From the sequence record MZ501052: 64,000 nucleotides of DNA; one strand, given 5' to 3'. Shown one piece after another: positions 24,599 to 34,457 of the stretch. This DNA comes from Escherichia phage AugustSocin. Position numbers and translations under genes: made by a program. The notes under the pieces are model-generated. The model worked only from the letters and a program-made list of their open reading frames with translations. It was not told the origin of the DNA and made no database searches. Within the stretch, counting starts at the first letter, position 1, and the number at the start of each line of letters is the position of its first letter.

Positions 24599-25693
24599 AT
24601 GGCAATTGTTAAAGAAATAACTGCTGATTTAATTAAAAAGTCCGGTGAAACAATTTCAGCCGGACAGAGTACTAAATCAGAAGTAGGAACTAAAACATAC
24701 ACAGCCCAGTTTCCAACTGGGCGTGCTAGTGGTAATGACACTACAGGGGACTTCCAGGTAACAGATCTATATAAGAATGGATTATTATTTACTGCATACA
24801 ATATGTCATCTAGGGATTCTGGAAGTCTTAGAACGATGAGATCTAACTACTCTTCTTCATCTTCGAGTATTTTACGTACAGCCAGAAACACTATCAGTAA
24901 TACAGTATCAAAACTATCAAATGGACTAATATCAGATAATAATTCAGGAACAATAAGTAAAGTTCCTGTTGCAAATATTCTTTTACCTAGATCTAAATCT
25001 GACGTCGATACGTCATCACATAGATTTAATGATGTTCAAGATAGTCTTATTACAAAAGGCGGAGGTACTGCTACTGGTGTGCTAAGCAATATGGCTTCAA
25101 CCGCAGTATTTGGAGCGTTGGAAAGTATAACACAAGGTATAATGGCTGATAATAATGAACAGATCTATACAACAGCTAGAAGCATGTACGGCGGTGCTGA
25201 AAATAGAACTAAAGTGTTCACCTGGGATTTAACTCCGCGCTCAACAGAAGATTTAATGGCTATTATTAATATCTATCAGTATTTTAACTATTTTTCTTAC
25301 GGTGAAACTGGTAAATCTCAATATGCTGCTGAAATAAAAGGATATTTAGATGAGTGGTATCGTTCTACATTTATTGAACCATTAACGCCAGAAGACGCGA
25401 TTAAAAACAAGACGTTATTTGAAAAAATGACATCGAGTTTAACGAACGTTCTTGTAGTTTCAAACCCGACAATTTGGATGGTGAAAAACTTTGGTGCAAC
25501 TTCTAAATTTGATGGAAAGACTGAAGTATTCGGTCCATGCCAAATACAGAGTATTAGATTTGATAAAACACCAAATGGTAACTTTAATGGATTAGCTATT
25601 GCTCCTAACCTTCCAAGTTCTTTTACACTCGAGATTACTATGAGAGAGATTATTACGTTAAACCGTGCTTCTTTATATACGGGGACTTTCTAA
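24599..25693 (+). CDS. 48: baseplate tail tube cap
   Basis: 364 aa, T4 gp48 length and position. Confidence 0.9.
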   Translation: MAIVKEITADLIKKSGETISAGQSTKSEVGTKTYTAQFPTGRASGNDTTGDFQVTDLYKNGLLFTAYNMSSRDSGSLRTMRSNYSSSSSSILRTARNTISNTVSKLSNGLISDNNSGTISKVPVANILLPRSKSDVDTSSHRFNDVQDSLITKGGGTATGVLSNMASTAVFGALESITQGIMADNNEQIYTTARSMYGGAENRTKVFTWDLTPRSTEDLMAIINIYQYFNYFSYGETGKSQYAAEIKGYLDEWYRSTFIEPLTPEDAIKNKTLFEKMTSSLTNVLVVSNPTIWMVKNFGATSKFDGKTEVFGPCQIQSIRFDKTPNGNFNGLAIAPNLPSSFTLEITMREIITLNRASLYTGTF

Positions 25694-26658
25694 TGTATTC
25701 TTTAGAGGAATTTAATAATCAAGCAATAAACGCAGACTTCCAACGTAATAATATGTTCAGCTGTGTTTTTGCTACAACTCCATCAACTAAAAGCTCATCG
25801 TTAATAAGCTCAATTAGTAACTTTGCTTATAATAACTTGGGTCTAAATTCAGATTGGTTGGGATTAACTCAAGGTGATATTAATCAGGGAATTACCACGC
25901 TAATTACCGCTGGCACACAAAAACTAATAAGAAAATCGGGAGTCAGTAAATATCTTATTGGAGCTATGAGTCAGCGTACTGTTCAGAGTTTATTAGGCTC
26001 ATTTACAGTTGGTACATATTTAATTGACTTCTTTAATATGGCATATAACTCATCTGGATTGATGATATATTCAGTAAAAATGCCAGAGAATAGATTATCC
26101 TATGAAACTGACTGGAACTATAATTCTCCTAATATTCGTATAACTGGGAGAGAATTAGACCCTTTGGTTATTTCATTTAGAATGGATTCAGAAGCATGTA
26201 ACTATCGTGCAATGCAAGACTGGGTTAACGCTGTTCAAGACCCAGTAACTGGATTACGCGCTTTGCCACAAGATGTCGAGGCAGATATTCAGGTTAATCT
26301 TCATTCTCGCAATGGATTACCTCATACTGCGGTGATGTTCACAGGATGCATTCCAATATCAGTGAGCGCTCCTGAGTTATCATATGATGGAGATAACCAA
26401 ATAACTACATTTGATGTTACTTTTGCGTACAGAGTGATGCAGGCTGGAGCAGTTGATAGGCAAGCTGCGCTTGAATGGCTTGAATCTGCTGCTATAAATG
26501 GTATTCAAAGCGTTCTCGGAAATAGTGGAGGTGTTACTGGACTATCTAATTCGCTTTCACGACTTAGTAGATTAGGAGGGACTGCTGGAAGCATTTCAAA
26601 CATTAATACTATGACAGGAATTGTTAATTCGCAGAGTAAAATATTAGGAGCAATATAA
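25693..26658 (+). CDS. 54: baseplate tail tube initiator
   Basis: 321 aa, T4 gp54 position. Confidence 0.9.
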   Translation: MYSLEEFNNQAINADFQRNNMFSCVFATTPSTKSSSLISSISNFAYNNLGLNSDWLGLTQGDINQGITTLITAGTQKLIRKSGVSKYLIGAMSQRTVQSLLGSFTVGTYLIDFFNMAYNSSGLMIYSVKMPENRLSYETDWNYNSPNIRITGRELDPLVISFRMDSEACNYRAMQDWVNAVQDPVTGLRALPQDVEADIQVNLHSRNGLPHTAVMFTGCIPISVSAPELSYDGDNQITTFDVTFAYRVMQAGAVDRQAALEWLESAAINGIQSVLGNSGGVTGLSNSLSRLSRLGGTAGSISNINTMTGIVNSQSKILGAI

Positions 26659-26662
26659 CAAT

Positions 26663-26680
26663 GGGGACCTTTCGGTCCCC
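26663..26680. terminator. hairpin terminator after gene 54
   Basis: GGGGACC-TTTC-GGTCCCC followed by ATATTTTTAT; also just past the minus-strand 96-aa ORF. Confidence 0.65.
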
Positions 26681-26686
26681 ATATTT

Positions 26687-26977
26687 TTATTTACGGAATG
26701 AAATGAAAGCAGAAACTGAAGCAACTAAACTGTCTTCAATATAAACTTCAATTTTTACCGGAGCTTCTGACTCGAATTTACCTGTTACTACACCTTGGAA
26801 AATACTTTCAGTTTGTTCTGGCTTTGAAAAATTTTCAGAAGGAAAAATTCCGAACTTTTTATCTGTTCCAAAAATTTTGATAAATTCATCATAAACTGCT
26901 TCATTGAAAGCGTTATCAGCGGGAATAACGCCTTCAACGACGAGTTCTTGACCTAAAAAGCGCAAAGAAGATTTCAT
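26687..26977 (-). CDS. hypothetical protein downstream of the alt genes
   Basis: 96-aa ORF preceded by a strong sigma70-like promoter and GAGGA ribosome-binding site. Confidence 0.55.
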   Translation of the reverse strand: MKSSLRFLGQELVVEGVIPADNAFNEAVYDEFIKIFGTDKKFGIFPSENFSKPEQTESIFQGVVTGKFESEAPVKIEVYIEDSLVASVSAFISFRK

Positions 26978-27008
26978 TTTGTGTTCCTCATGTTATGTCA
27001 GTAAGATT

Positions 27009-27037
27009 ATTATAACACAACACGAGGGACTTGTAAA
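27009..27037 (-). promoter_or_regulatory. sigma70-type early promoter before the 96-aa ORF
   Basis: minus strand GTTTACA, 17-nt spacer, TATAAT; inverted repeat GTCCCTC.../...GAGGA spans the spacer and ribosome-binding site. Confidence 0.6.
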
Positions 27038-29095
27038 CTACATTTTGAACTTTTTAGACATTCCGTTGATGTTAACCAAAGAAGCTAAGATTTGAGAAAC
27101 TTCGTTTTCCTCTTCTTTTGATTCTTCTACAAGGAATTGATTAAATCCAGCCATTGGACGAACTTCACCAGTTTCCATCAGATGGTCGCCATCATATACT
27201 GATTCTTCTAATTGTTCAGAAGGAGGAACGATTGTACCTTCGATTAGATACTTGTTATAAGCAGTTTCTTTCATCATGTACGTACTTACTTTATTAATCT
27301 TCAGTAAAATTCCACGCGGCAAAATAACTTCAGCTTCGGATGGAAATCCTGATAAATGACCTGGAACGATAACTTTAACTCGTTCAGCTCCTTTAATTAC
27401 CATACCTACATTAGTTTCAGCGTCTTCATTCGCATATGTAGAATGACTACCCATATGCATTAAATCTTCAGCATCAACTGAACCTTCTCCTTCACCAGAA
27501 AATACTGCTCCGGAATCATCTAAGGCCATATAATTTTTACCATATTCACCGAAGATATTTGGCTTGAGTGAAGTAGATACAAAGTTCTTGAAATAGAACA
27601 TTTTATTTTCTATATTATGACGTAAAGTTTTAAAGGTAACTTCTTGCCCACGATAAAGAGTAGTTCCTGGAGGAAGAACTGAACCTTTAGAAAATGCAGA
27701 ATCCAGCGTCTCAATATGTTTAATAGCTCGTTCCATATATTCTTCACGGGTAGAATCAGGTTTACCTAGAAGGAACGAGTTCATTTCAACATATGAATCT
27801 GCGCAATAATCTTCAATTACATCAGACTCAGCCTGAGTTAATCCTTTTGGAGTTACTTCAGTGCTTGCATATTCATATGCCTGAGCAGCAGATTCATCAA
27901 TTAATTTATAAATTCCATTCATTACAAATTGAATAATAGCTGTCTTTTCATCTGGTGTAGCTTTAGAACCTTTAACTAAATCATTGACAATTTTCTTAAT
28001 AACATCAAAGCTATTAGAAATATTAATGTCAGCAAGATCGCTTAAAATTTTATCAGTTTTATAATCAAAGAATTCTTTATTCTTTAAATATTCTTGAGAA
28101 CCTTGATATGTTATATCGCTCTGCGGCTTGATAGATGGATCGCGTAAACGTGCATGGGCCAATGCAATATGATTTCGGAAGCTTTCGAGTTCATAATCAC
28201 TAGATTTAAAACGAGAAGCACTTCTCATACCACCGATAGCTCCTTTGCTAAAGTTTGAACCAACCTGAATAACGCCAGAGTTCATTGGTCCTTCTGCTTT
28301 ATATACCGGAACTTTAGATTCAAACTCTTGATATTTCTTAGCAGCGAAGCTATCACCCTGAAGTGAAGCATCAACAGTAGAATATTGAGCTTGTGCTGCT
28401 AATCGACGACTAATTTTAGTTTTCTGAATAACAGCTTGATCCGTGCGCTTATCATTTTCTAAAGCAATAGAAGCAGCAACAGCAACAGCTTTAGGAACAG
28501 CATTACCTGTTTTAACGTCTACATAAACATCACCAACCTTTGATTCAACTTTTGTGAATAACTCGGTTGAAATAGGAGGTACACCTGGAATGTCTTCTAA
28601 ATTGGCATTTTTACGGTAAACCATAATATATGCGTACTTTTTATCATAATCCCAGATTTCCTTTAAAAGAACATATCGACCTGCTCCTTTAGTACGTACT
28701 AAACGGTCAGCAATAACTTGCATTTGCCGAGCAGCGCCATTTGTTTTACTTTTTAGTACGCGGAATAAGCATGCATCAATTTTATACTGTTTCATTGTTT
28801 GAAGAGCAGTATCAAAAACAGCATTAATGACGCCAATTGGATTTCCACCCAAGTTTTTAAGCTTAACTAATGATAGTTTCTCATTAACACCTATCATTAC
28901 GATATGCATCATTTTGTCGCCTGGCTTAACGTTTTTATTCGTATCACCGCCAGAGGTGTATGTACAAAATCTAAATCCAGGAAGCACGCTTTCTTCACCT
29001 GCTTGAATAGCAAAAATTTGAGGTATTTTATGCTTAGGATTTAAGTTAACAACCGGCGCCGAAGCGCCGTCAAATAATTCTGTAATAAGTTCCAT
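27038..29095 (-). CDS. Alt-like ADP-ribosyltransferase paralog
   Basis: 685 aa; N-terminus MELITELFD and first ~200 aa similar to the adjacent alt; R (YRGQ), STS (FVSTSL) and E-x-E (SEAEVILPRG) motifs present. Confidence 0.8.
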   Translation of the reverse strand: MELITELFDGASAPVVNLNPKHKIPQIFAIQAGEESVLPGFRFCTYTSGGDTNKNVKPGDKMMHIVMIGVNEKLSLVKLKNLGGNPIGVINAVFDTALQTMKQYKIDACLFRVLKSKTNGAARQMQVIADRLVRTKGAGRYVLLKEIWDYDKKYAYIMVYRKNANLEDIPGVPPISTELFTKVESKVGDVYVDVKTGNAVPKAVAVAASIALENDKRTDQAVIQKTKISRRLAAQAQYSTVDASLQGDSFAAKKYQEFESKVPVYKAEGPMNSGVIQVGSNFSKGAIGGMRSASRFKSSDYELESFRNHIALAHARLRDPSIKPQSDITYQGSQEYLKNKEFFDYKTDKILSDLADINISNSFDVIKKIVNDLVKGSKATPDEKTAIIQFVMNGIYKLIDESAAQAYEYASTEVTPKGLTQAESDVIEDYCADSYVEMNSFLLGKPDSTREEYMERAIKHIETLDSAFSKGSVLPPGTTLYRGQEVTFKTLRHNIENKMFYFKNFVSTSLKPNIFGEYGKNYMALDDSGAVFSGEGEGSVDAEDLMHMGSHSTYANEDAETNVGMVIKGAERVKVIVPGHLSGFPSEAEVILPRGILLKINKVSTYMMKETAYNKYLIEGTIVPPSEQLEESVYDGDHLMETGEVRPMAGFNQFLVEESKEEENEVSQILASLVNINGMSKKFKM

Positions 29096-29098
29096 GAT

Positions 29099-31192
29099 TT
29101 ATCCTTGAACGAACTTGTAAGGCATGTTTGTAATATCTATGCAAGACGCAATAATTCCAAGAGATGATTCTACTTTCTGTTTAATATTTGATGAAACAAA
29201 TGATGCAAAGTCAACTCTGTCTTCTATTTCAATATCACCTGTCATTGCAACCAATTCACCAGTTTCCATTAAATGGTCTCCATCATAGATTACCGATTCG
29301 GTGAGCTCTTCCGTGGTCATAACTTCAGCTTGAATGAGTTTTGTATTATTAGATGTTGTTCCGTCATTATTAGAAGCATCGGTTATTTTATTAACTTTGA
29401 CCATCAATCCACGCGGTAGAATAACTTCAGCTTCTGTTGCTATTCCGAGACTTCCTGGATATACAACATTAACTTTATGAGCTCCATCAATTGCCCATCC
29501 TATTTGAACTTTAACATATTCAGGATTTTCTTTATACGCTCTTATTTCGTTTGGATTAATAGTTATTCCTTCTTCATTTTTATCAACTGTTAATTCATTG
29601 CGAGCTTCTGGTTCTAAAAGACCAATACCAGCATGTGTGATTCCAAAACGTCCAAAAATGATAGGAGTTAAAGAAGTAGATACAAAATTTCTGAAGTAGA
29701 ACACTTTATTTTTAACTAACGCTTCATATATAGGAGCAGTCATACTTTGAGCACGATAAACTGTAATGCCTTCTGGTATACGGTCACCATTTTCAAAAGC
29801 TGAATCTAAGTTATTTATAGCAGATTCAATTTCTTTTTCACTCATTACATCGTATCGTTCTGGATTGTAACGACCTAAAAGAAGATTATTGATGTCAGTA
29901 TATCCTGAACCGCAATATTCTCTAATGCCACGCTTTTGTGATGGAGTATATTTAGAACCATCGCGGGCAATAGTAATATCAATCATTGGACCAGCACCAA
30001 TTCCAGAAAAACTGTAAATCATTCGTTTGAGGAATTTAGTTTTTGCTGCGTTCCAGGAATTTTTAGTTATTTCTTCCCAGACTTCATCTGGTTGTCCTTT
30101 ACGATTTTTATTATGATTAGCAAGCCATTTATCTTTATAATCTTCAAAGAATTGATTTACAGCTGCTGCGTATTTCTCTAAACATTTTATTGAAGTAGTT
30201 GGTTCATTTTTAATTGCATTAAAAATTACTTCTTTAATTTTTTCTGAAACTTCACCGACTTGACTCATTGGAAAGAATTTATAATCATAGTGAAGTTCAT
30301 CTGCCGTTCCTTCAGCAATAATTTTTGCTGCCTTTGTTTTAGAAGCTAATGAATTAATTCCAATTTTCATTTCTTCTGCTTCGGGAATTAAAGGTGCAGT
30401 AGCTGGTTTATTAAAATTGGCTGCTGTAGATTCATACTTCTGGAATAATTCACTTTCAAATCTAGAAGATTCCAATGACTGACTTTGTGCAATTGCTCTA
30501 CGGGAAATTTTAACTTTAACGATTACAGCTTGGTCAGAACGTTTATCATTTTCTTGTGCAATAGATGCTGCAATTGCTTCATTTTTAGTTACTTGAGCTC
30601 CAGTATCTTTATTGATATAAACATCACCGACCTTCGATTCAACTTTAGTAAAGAGTTCAGTGCTAATTTCTGGAACTCCTGGAATGTCTTCTAATGATAC
30701 ATTTTTGCGATGTATAAGAATATATGCATACTTTTTATCGTAATCCCAGAGTTCCTTAAGAAGGACGTATCTGCCACCTGAACGACTACGGATAAGTCTA
30801 TCAGCAATAACTTGAATTTGTCGAGCTTGGCCAGCAGTTTTAGACTTAAGAATACGAAGCATGCAGGCATCAATTTTATATTGACGCATCGTTTGCATTG
30901 CAACAGTAAAAACTGAATTGATATAATTAATTGGGCTTGGACCAAGACCTTTTAATTTAGCAATTGAGCCTTTAGCAGTTAATGTAAAAGGAACAATATG
31001 CATCATTTTATCGCCCATCTTTAAATCGCGATTAGTATCACCTCCAGATGTATAGGTACATAAACGAAAGCCTGGTTGTTCAATTGCATCATCAACATGA
31101 ACTGAAAAAATTTGTGGTATTTTCTTCTTTGGATTTAAGTTTGTAATCGGAAGAGTAGTATCTTCGTCAAATAATTCTGTAATAAGTTCCAT
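29099..31192 (-). CDS. alt: Alt ADP-ribosyltransferase
   Basis: 697 aa; N-terminus MELITELFDEDTTLPITNLNPKKK as I recall for T4 Alt; YRAQ, FVSTSL and TEAEVILPRG motifs. Confidence 0.85.
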   Translation of the reverse strand: MELITELFDEDTTLPITNLNPKKKIPQIFSVHVDDAIEQPGFRLCTYTSGGDTNRDLKMGDKMMHIVPFTLTAKGSIAKLKGLGPSPINYINSVFTVAMQTMRQYKIDACMLRILKSKTAGQARQIQVIADRLIRSRSGGRYVLLKELWDYDKKYAYILIHRKNVSLEDIPGVPEISTELFTKVESKVGDVYINKDTGAQVTKNEAIAASIAQENDKRSDQAVIVKVKISRRAIAQSQSLESSRFESELFQKYESTAANFNKPATAPLIPEAEEMKIGINSLASKTKAAKIIAEGTADELHYDYKFFPMSQVGEVSEKIKEVIFNAIKNEPTTSIKCLEKYAAAVNQFFEDYKDKWLANHNKNRKGQPDEVWEEITKNSWNAAKTKFLKRMIYSFSGIGAGPMIDITIARDGSKYTPSQKRGIREYCGSGYTDINNLLLGRYNPERYDVMSEKEIESAINNLDSAFENGDRIPEGITVYRAQSMTAPIYEALVKNKVFYFRNFVSTSLTPIIFGRFGITHAGIGLLEPEARNELTVDKNEEGITINPNEIRAYKENPEYVKVQIGWAIDGAHKVNVVYPGSLGIATEAEVILPRGLMVKVNKITDASNNDGTTSNNTKLIQAEVMTTEELTESVIYDGDHLMETGELVAMTGDIEIEDRVDFASFVSSNIKQKVESSLGIIASCIDITNMPYKFVQG

Positions 31193-31228
31193 GTTATCCT
31201 CTCTAGTGTTTATTCTATTTATAAAATT

Positions 31229-31247
31229 AAAGGCCCGAAGGCCTTTA
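31229..31247 (-). other. intercistronic hairpin upstream of alt
   Basis: AAAGGCC-CGAAG-GCCTTT between the 61-aa ORF and the alt start. Confidence 0.45.
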
Positions 31248-31248
31248 A

Positions 31249-31434
31249 TTAATAGAGAGCTAAAAGAGTACGATATACTTCAAACTTTGGACCTTTTTCA
31301 TATGGATCAAATCTTTCCGTGAATTCATCATATGCTAGTTTATCTGGGAATTCAAGAATAACCTGCGATACCGCAGTGGAAACATCTCCACCTTCTTTTT
31401 GAGCCACGACAATTGTTTCTAAGTAAGCTTTCAT
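31249..31434 (-). CDS. hypothetical small protein
   Basis: 61-aa ORF whose start overlaps the ligase stop. Confidence 0.5.
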   Translation of the reverse strand: MKAYLETIVVAQKEGGDVSTAVSQVILEFPDKLAYDEFTERFDPYEKGPKFEVYRTLLALY

Positions 31435-32894
31435 AAACCAGTTACCTCATGAAAATCGCCAAATACATCTTCGAACGTATTAGCTTTAGTTTTATCTTCA
31501 CGTAAACGAATTGCAATTGGAAGAAATAGCTTAACGTAATCAGTACGTCCATCTAATTTTACCCAGCCGTTGCATTCGCACTCTAGAATTTTTCCAATAT
31601 AATAATTTTGGTTTTCCATAATGCGAGTACGATCAAGTTCATGCGATTTTATACCGGCTTTATCTTTTAAGCCTGAACCAGCATTTACTTTAATTTTTCC
31701 ACACTCTGATTCAAGAATGAAACCACCTGCTTTAGTAGGGTCTTTACGGTGAGGATAAATTCCTACAATTTTTAAATCAACATCAATTACTTCTTTAAAT
31801 TTATAAAGATTTTTTGAACGAGCATTTTCCCATAATCCATCGATATTTTTAAGAATAATACCTTCAAGACCTTGGTCAATATACTTTTTATAAATTACCT
31901 TAGCTTCATCTAGGTTATTTACTACTTGGTTTTCAATTAAAATTACTTTATCATAGCCTGATGTCATTTGTTCTAGTTTAGAAAAACGTACATCATATTT
32001 TAAACGAAATGCTGGAAGACCATATATTTCTACTAATGGAACATAGTCCCAGACCTGAAACTTCATGCATTGTGCTTCTTTTTCAGAAATGGTTCCCTTT
32101 AAAGATTTATTAGCGATTCCATTAGAAGTAGTACGTGATTCAGCTACTTCGGCGAATTCTTTAGCTTTACTAATTTCAGGATAAGCATCAAAAAGAAAAT
32201 CTAGGCCTTCTGGTTCCTTTTTAACTTGCTCATGGTATACCAATTCGCCATCAATTAACACACCTTCTGGATGAATCTGGCGAGCTTCTGCAGTCATTTT
32301 GATTAACTCTTCCTTGAGAAGATCTAATCCTAGATATTCATTACCAGCTCGTGATAAAAGACGAACATCATCTAATTCATCACCTCTGACTTCAGCAAAA
32401 CAGCGAGCTCCATCAGCTTTTAGCTGTGCAAAGGCTGGAAATTTGATATTCTTATTAATGCCTTTTTCGTCATAAGAACTTGCTAGCATTTGAGGTTGTT
32501 CAGGAATTAAACCTGGCCAAACTTTGTTTGCAATAGATACTGATGCACCGCATTCAAGGTCTCGCATCATCACCCGACGCAAAACTTCAACATCATCTTT
32601 TTTACCGTCAGTAATATATCCAGTTAATTCCTCAATTGCCGCATTTCCAGTCAATTTCCGAGTAGCTAACGTGAATTCAATGAAGTCAAGCATATCGGTA
32701 AGAGTCAACATTCCAAAACTCTGGGTAGTAATACCCGGTTTAGGCCATTTCTTGATATAATACTGTAACCCACGAGAATAAGTCAGACGATATACTCGTT
32801 TAAGCAATTCATTATCTTTATTCTTTTCAAGAATTGCTTGCTTCTGCTTAGTTGAACCAATAGATGCTATTTCGTTCAGAATTTTAAGAATCAT
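31431..32894 (-). CDS. 30: ATP-dependent DNA ligase
   Basis: 487 aa; matches recalled T4 DNA ligase (MILKILNEIASIGSTKQKQAILEKNKDNELLKRVY...). Confidence 0.97.
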   Translation of the reverse strand: MILKILNEIASIGSTKQKQAILEKNKDNELLKRVYRLTYSRGLQYYIKKWPKPGITTQSFGMLTLTDMLDFIEFTLATRKLTGNAAIEELTGYITDGKKDDVEVLRRVMMRDLECGASVSIANKVWPGLIPEQPQMLASSYDEKGINKNIKFPAFAQLKADGARCFAEVRGDELDDVRLLSRAGNEYLGLDLLKEELIKMTAEARQIHPEGVLIDGELVYHEQVKKEPEGLDFLFDAYPEISKAKEFAEVAESRTTSNGIANKSLKGTISEKEAQCMKFQVWDYVPLVEIYGLPAFRLKYDVRFSKLEQMTSGYDKVILIENQVVNNLDEAKVIYKKYIDQGLEGIILKNIDGLWENARSKNLYKFKEVIDVDLKIVGIYPHRKDPTKAGGFILESECGKIKVNAGSGLKDKAGIKSHELDRTRIMENQNYYIGKILECECNGWVKLDGRTDYVKLFLPIAIRLREDKTKANTFEDVFGDFHEVTGL

Positions 32895-33160
32895 TGTTCA
32901 TCCTTTAGAGTTTGGTTTACAGCTCTATTATAAATCAATTCATCATTAAGCTCAGTCAAAGACCTGTGATACGTGGTTCTAACTTTATTTCCTTGCATCC
33001 AGTGCTTGACATAAATGAAACCTTGCTCTACACATTTTTTAAAAATTCGTTCGTCTTTTTGAGCTCGGAATTCTGGATTGCATCTAAAAAATTGATTTAC
33101 GTGACCGTAATCACGTGTAGTATTACCTTCATTTTCATAAATAGTGTGAACGACAAACAT
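32891..33160 (-). CDS. hypothetical protein (30.1 position)
   Basis: 89-aa ORF overlapping the gene 30 start. Confidence 0.6.
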   Translation of the reverse strand: MFVVHTIYENEGNTTRDYGHVNQFFRCNPEFRAQKDERIFKKCVEQGFIYVKHWMQGNKVRTTYHRSLTELNDELIYNRAVNQTLKDEQ

Positions 33161-33996
33161 TAGAATGCTCCTTGGAAAATATTATCACCACTAGTAGGTC
33201 TATTATACAAATACTCTATGCCACCGGGTTTAATATAGTTCCATGTCTGAAACGGATGCGTCTGATATGGATGATATAGATTATAAGGATTAAATCCAGG
33301 AGTTCTCCAGGTAGTGTTCCAAGGAAAAGAATCGTTTTTAATCATCTTTTCAATTACATCTTTTATAGCTTTTTCACTATCAAAACTTTCTTTATTTTCA
33401 TTCGATGGAAAAAGCTTATTCTCTACATCATTCCATGTATAAACTCGCTGTGCAGTTTTTGGAATATTGTCACGCTCTCCTCGAGCCATCCAATAAACAG
33501 GAACATTTAATATTTCACTCGCATGATCGCAGTGGTGAGCGAGATCGTCAATATAACAAATTACGTTATATTTCTCTTTTGCCTTTTTGAACAACTCTTC
33601 TTTTGAAGAATCATGACCACACATCAATACTTCTGAGAAGGCACCAGGAAAAAGAGCATTCAAATTGAATTGACGATTCAGCAGAGCGTCAATAGAATCA
33701 CCCAGTGCTGTAACAGCTACAAAATTATAATCTTCTTTTAATTTGTTAATTACACACAGGGCATCTTTATATGGAGACAAATAGCGAATAAAATCTGAAC
33801 GATTATACTTTTCGATTAATTTAACACCAAGTTCTTCATCGCAATTAAAGAGCTTACCAGGAGAAATAAATTTTTCGTCCTGAATCATTTTTAAAATATG
33901 TTCCAACGGAAGATTATATTTTTGGGCAAAATAAGGAAGGCCTGATTGCCAGCTTAAACATACACCATCAATATCAGTCAAAATAGTAGGCTTCAT
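33160..33996 (-). CDS. HAD-superfamily phosphatase-like protein, 5'(3')-deoxyribonucleotidase-like N-terminus (30.2 position)
   Basis: 278 aa; N-terminal ILTDIDGVCLSW resembles HAD motif I (DxDGV); later YIDDLAHH fits an acidic HAD motif. Confidence 0.65.
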   Translation of the reverse strand: MKPTILTDIDGVCLSWQSGLPYFAQKYNLPLEHILKMIQDEKFISPGKLFNCDEELGVKLIEKYNRSDFIRYLSPYKDALCVINKLKEDYNFVAVTALGDSIDALLNRQFNLNALFPGAFSEVLMCGHDSSKEELFKKAKEKYNVICYIDDLAHHCDHASEILNVPVYWMARGERDNIPKTAQRVYTWNDVENKLFPSNENKESFDSEKAIKDVIEKMIKNDSFPWNTTWRTPGFNPYNLYHPYQTHPFQTWNYIKPGGIEYLYNRPTSGDNIFQGAF

Positions 33997-34457
33997 AGAG
34001 AGTCTCTTAATAGGTTTAACACATCAATAAATTCAACTTCGGTTAGTATTGTATCATCTTTTGTTAGACCACTAGCCATGCTATGCTTCAAAATTTTTCC
34101 TTTTGAGGCTTGTAAGGCATCACGAAACCCCTTGTTTTGGATCGCTGCTTCAAAATATGCATTTGTATACAATTCTTTCCACGCTGGGGAGTATCTTGAA
34201 AATGGAACTCCGAGCCAGAAGAGGGTCCCACGGTCCGCAGCTCTTGCATAAGACCTTCCAGCTTGTTGGGCGGCAAGCCCGGATAACCCAAATATACGTC
34301 TTTGCTGCTCAACATTTTTCACCTTGCATCCTTGGAGGAATCCTTCAAGACCTCCGAATTGAATACCATCCATGACGAAAGGCCATTGGGCGAAATTACT
34401 TAATGCGCATGATGGCCATCTAAAATTGCTTCTAATCTCTAACTCAGACATTTTCAA
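33993..34457 (-). CDS. NADAR-family (YbiA-like, DUF1768) protein (30.3 position)
   Basis: 154 aa; LSNFAQWPFVMDGIQF...EGFLQGCKV resembles the E. coli YbiA segment FSNFAAWPIKVDGKTW...EHYFQAQKF. Confidence 0.7.
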   Translation of the reverse strand: MKMSELEIRSNFRWPSCALSNFAQWPFVMDGIQFGGLEGFLQGCKVKNVEQQRRIFGLSGLAAQQAGRSYARAADRGTLFWLGVPFSRYSPAWKELYTNAYFEAAIQNKGFRDALQASKGKILKHSMASGLTKDDTILTEVEFIDVLNLLRDSL

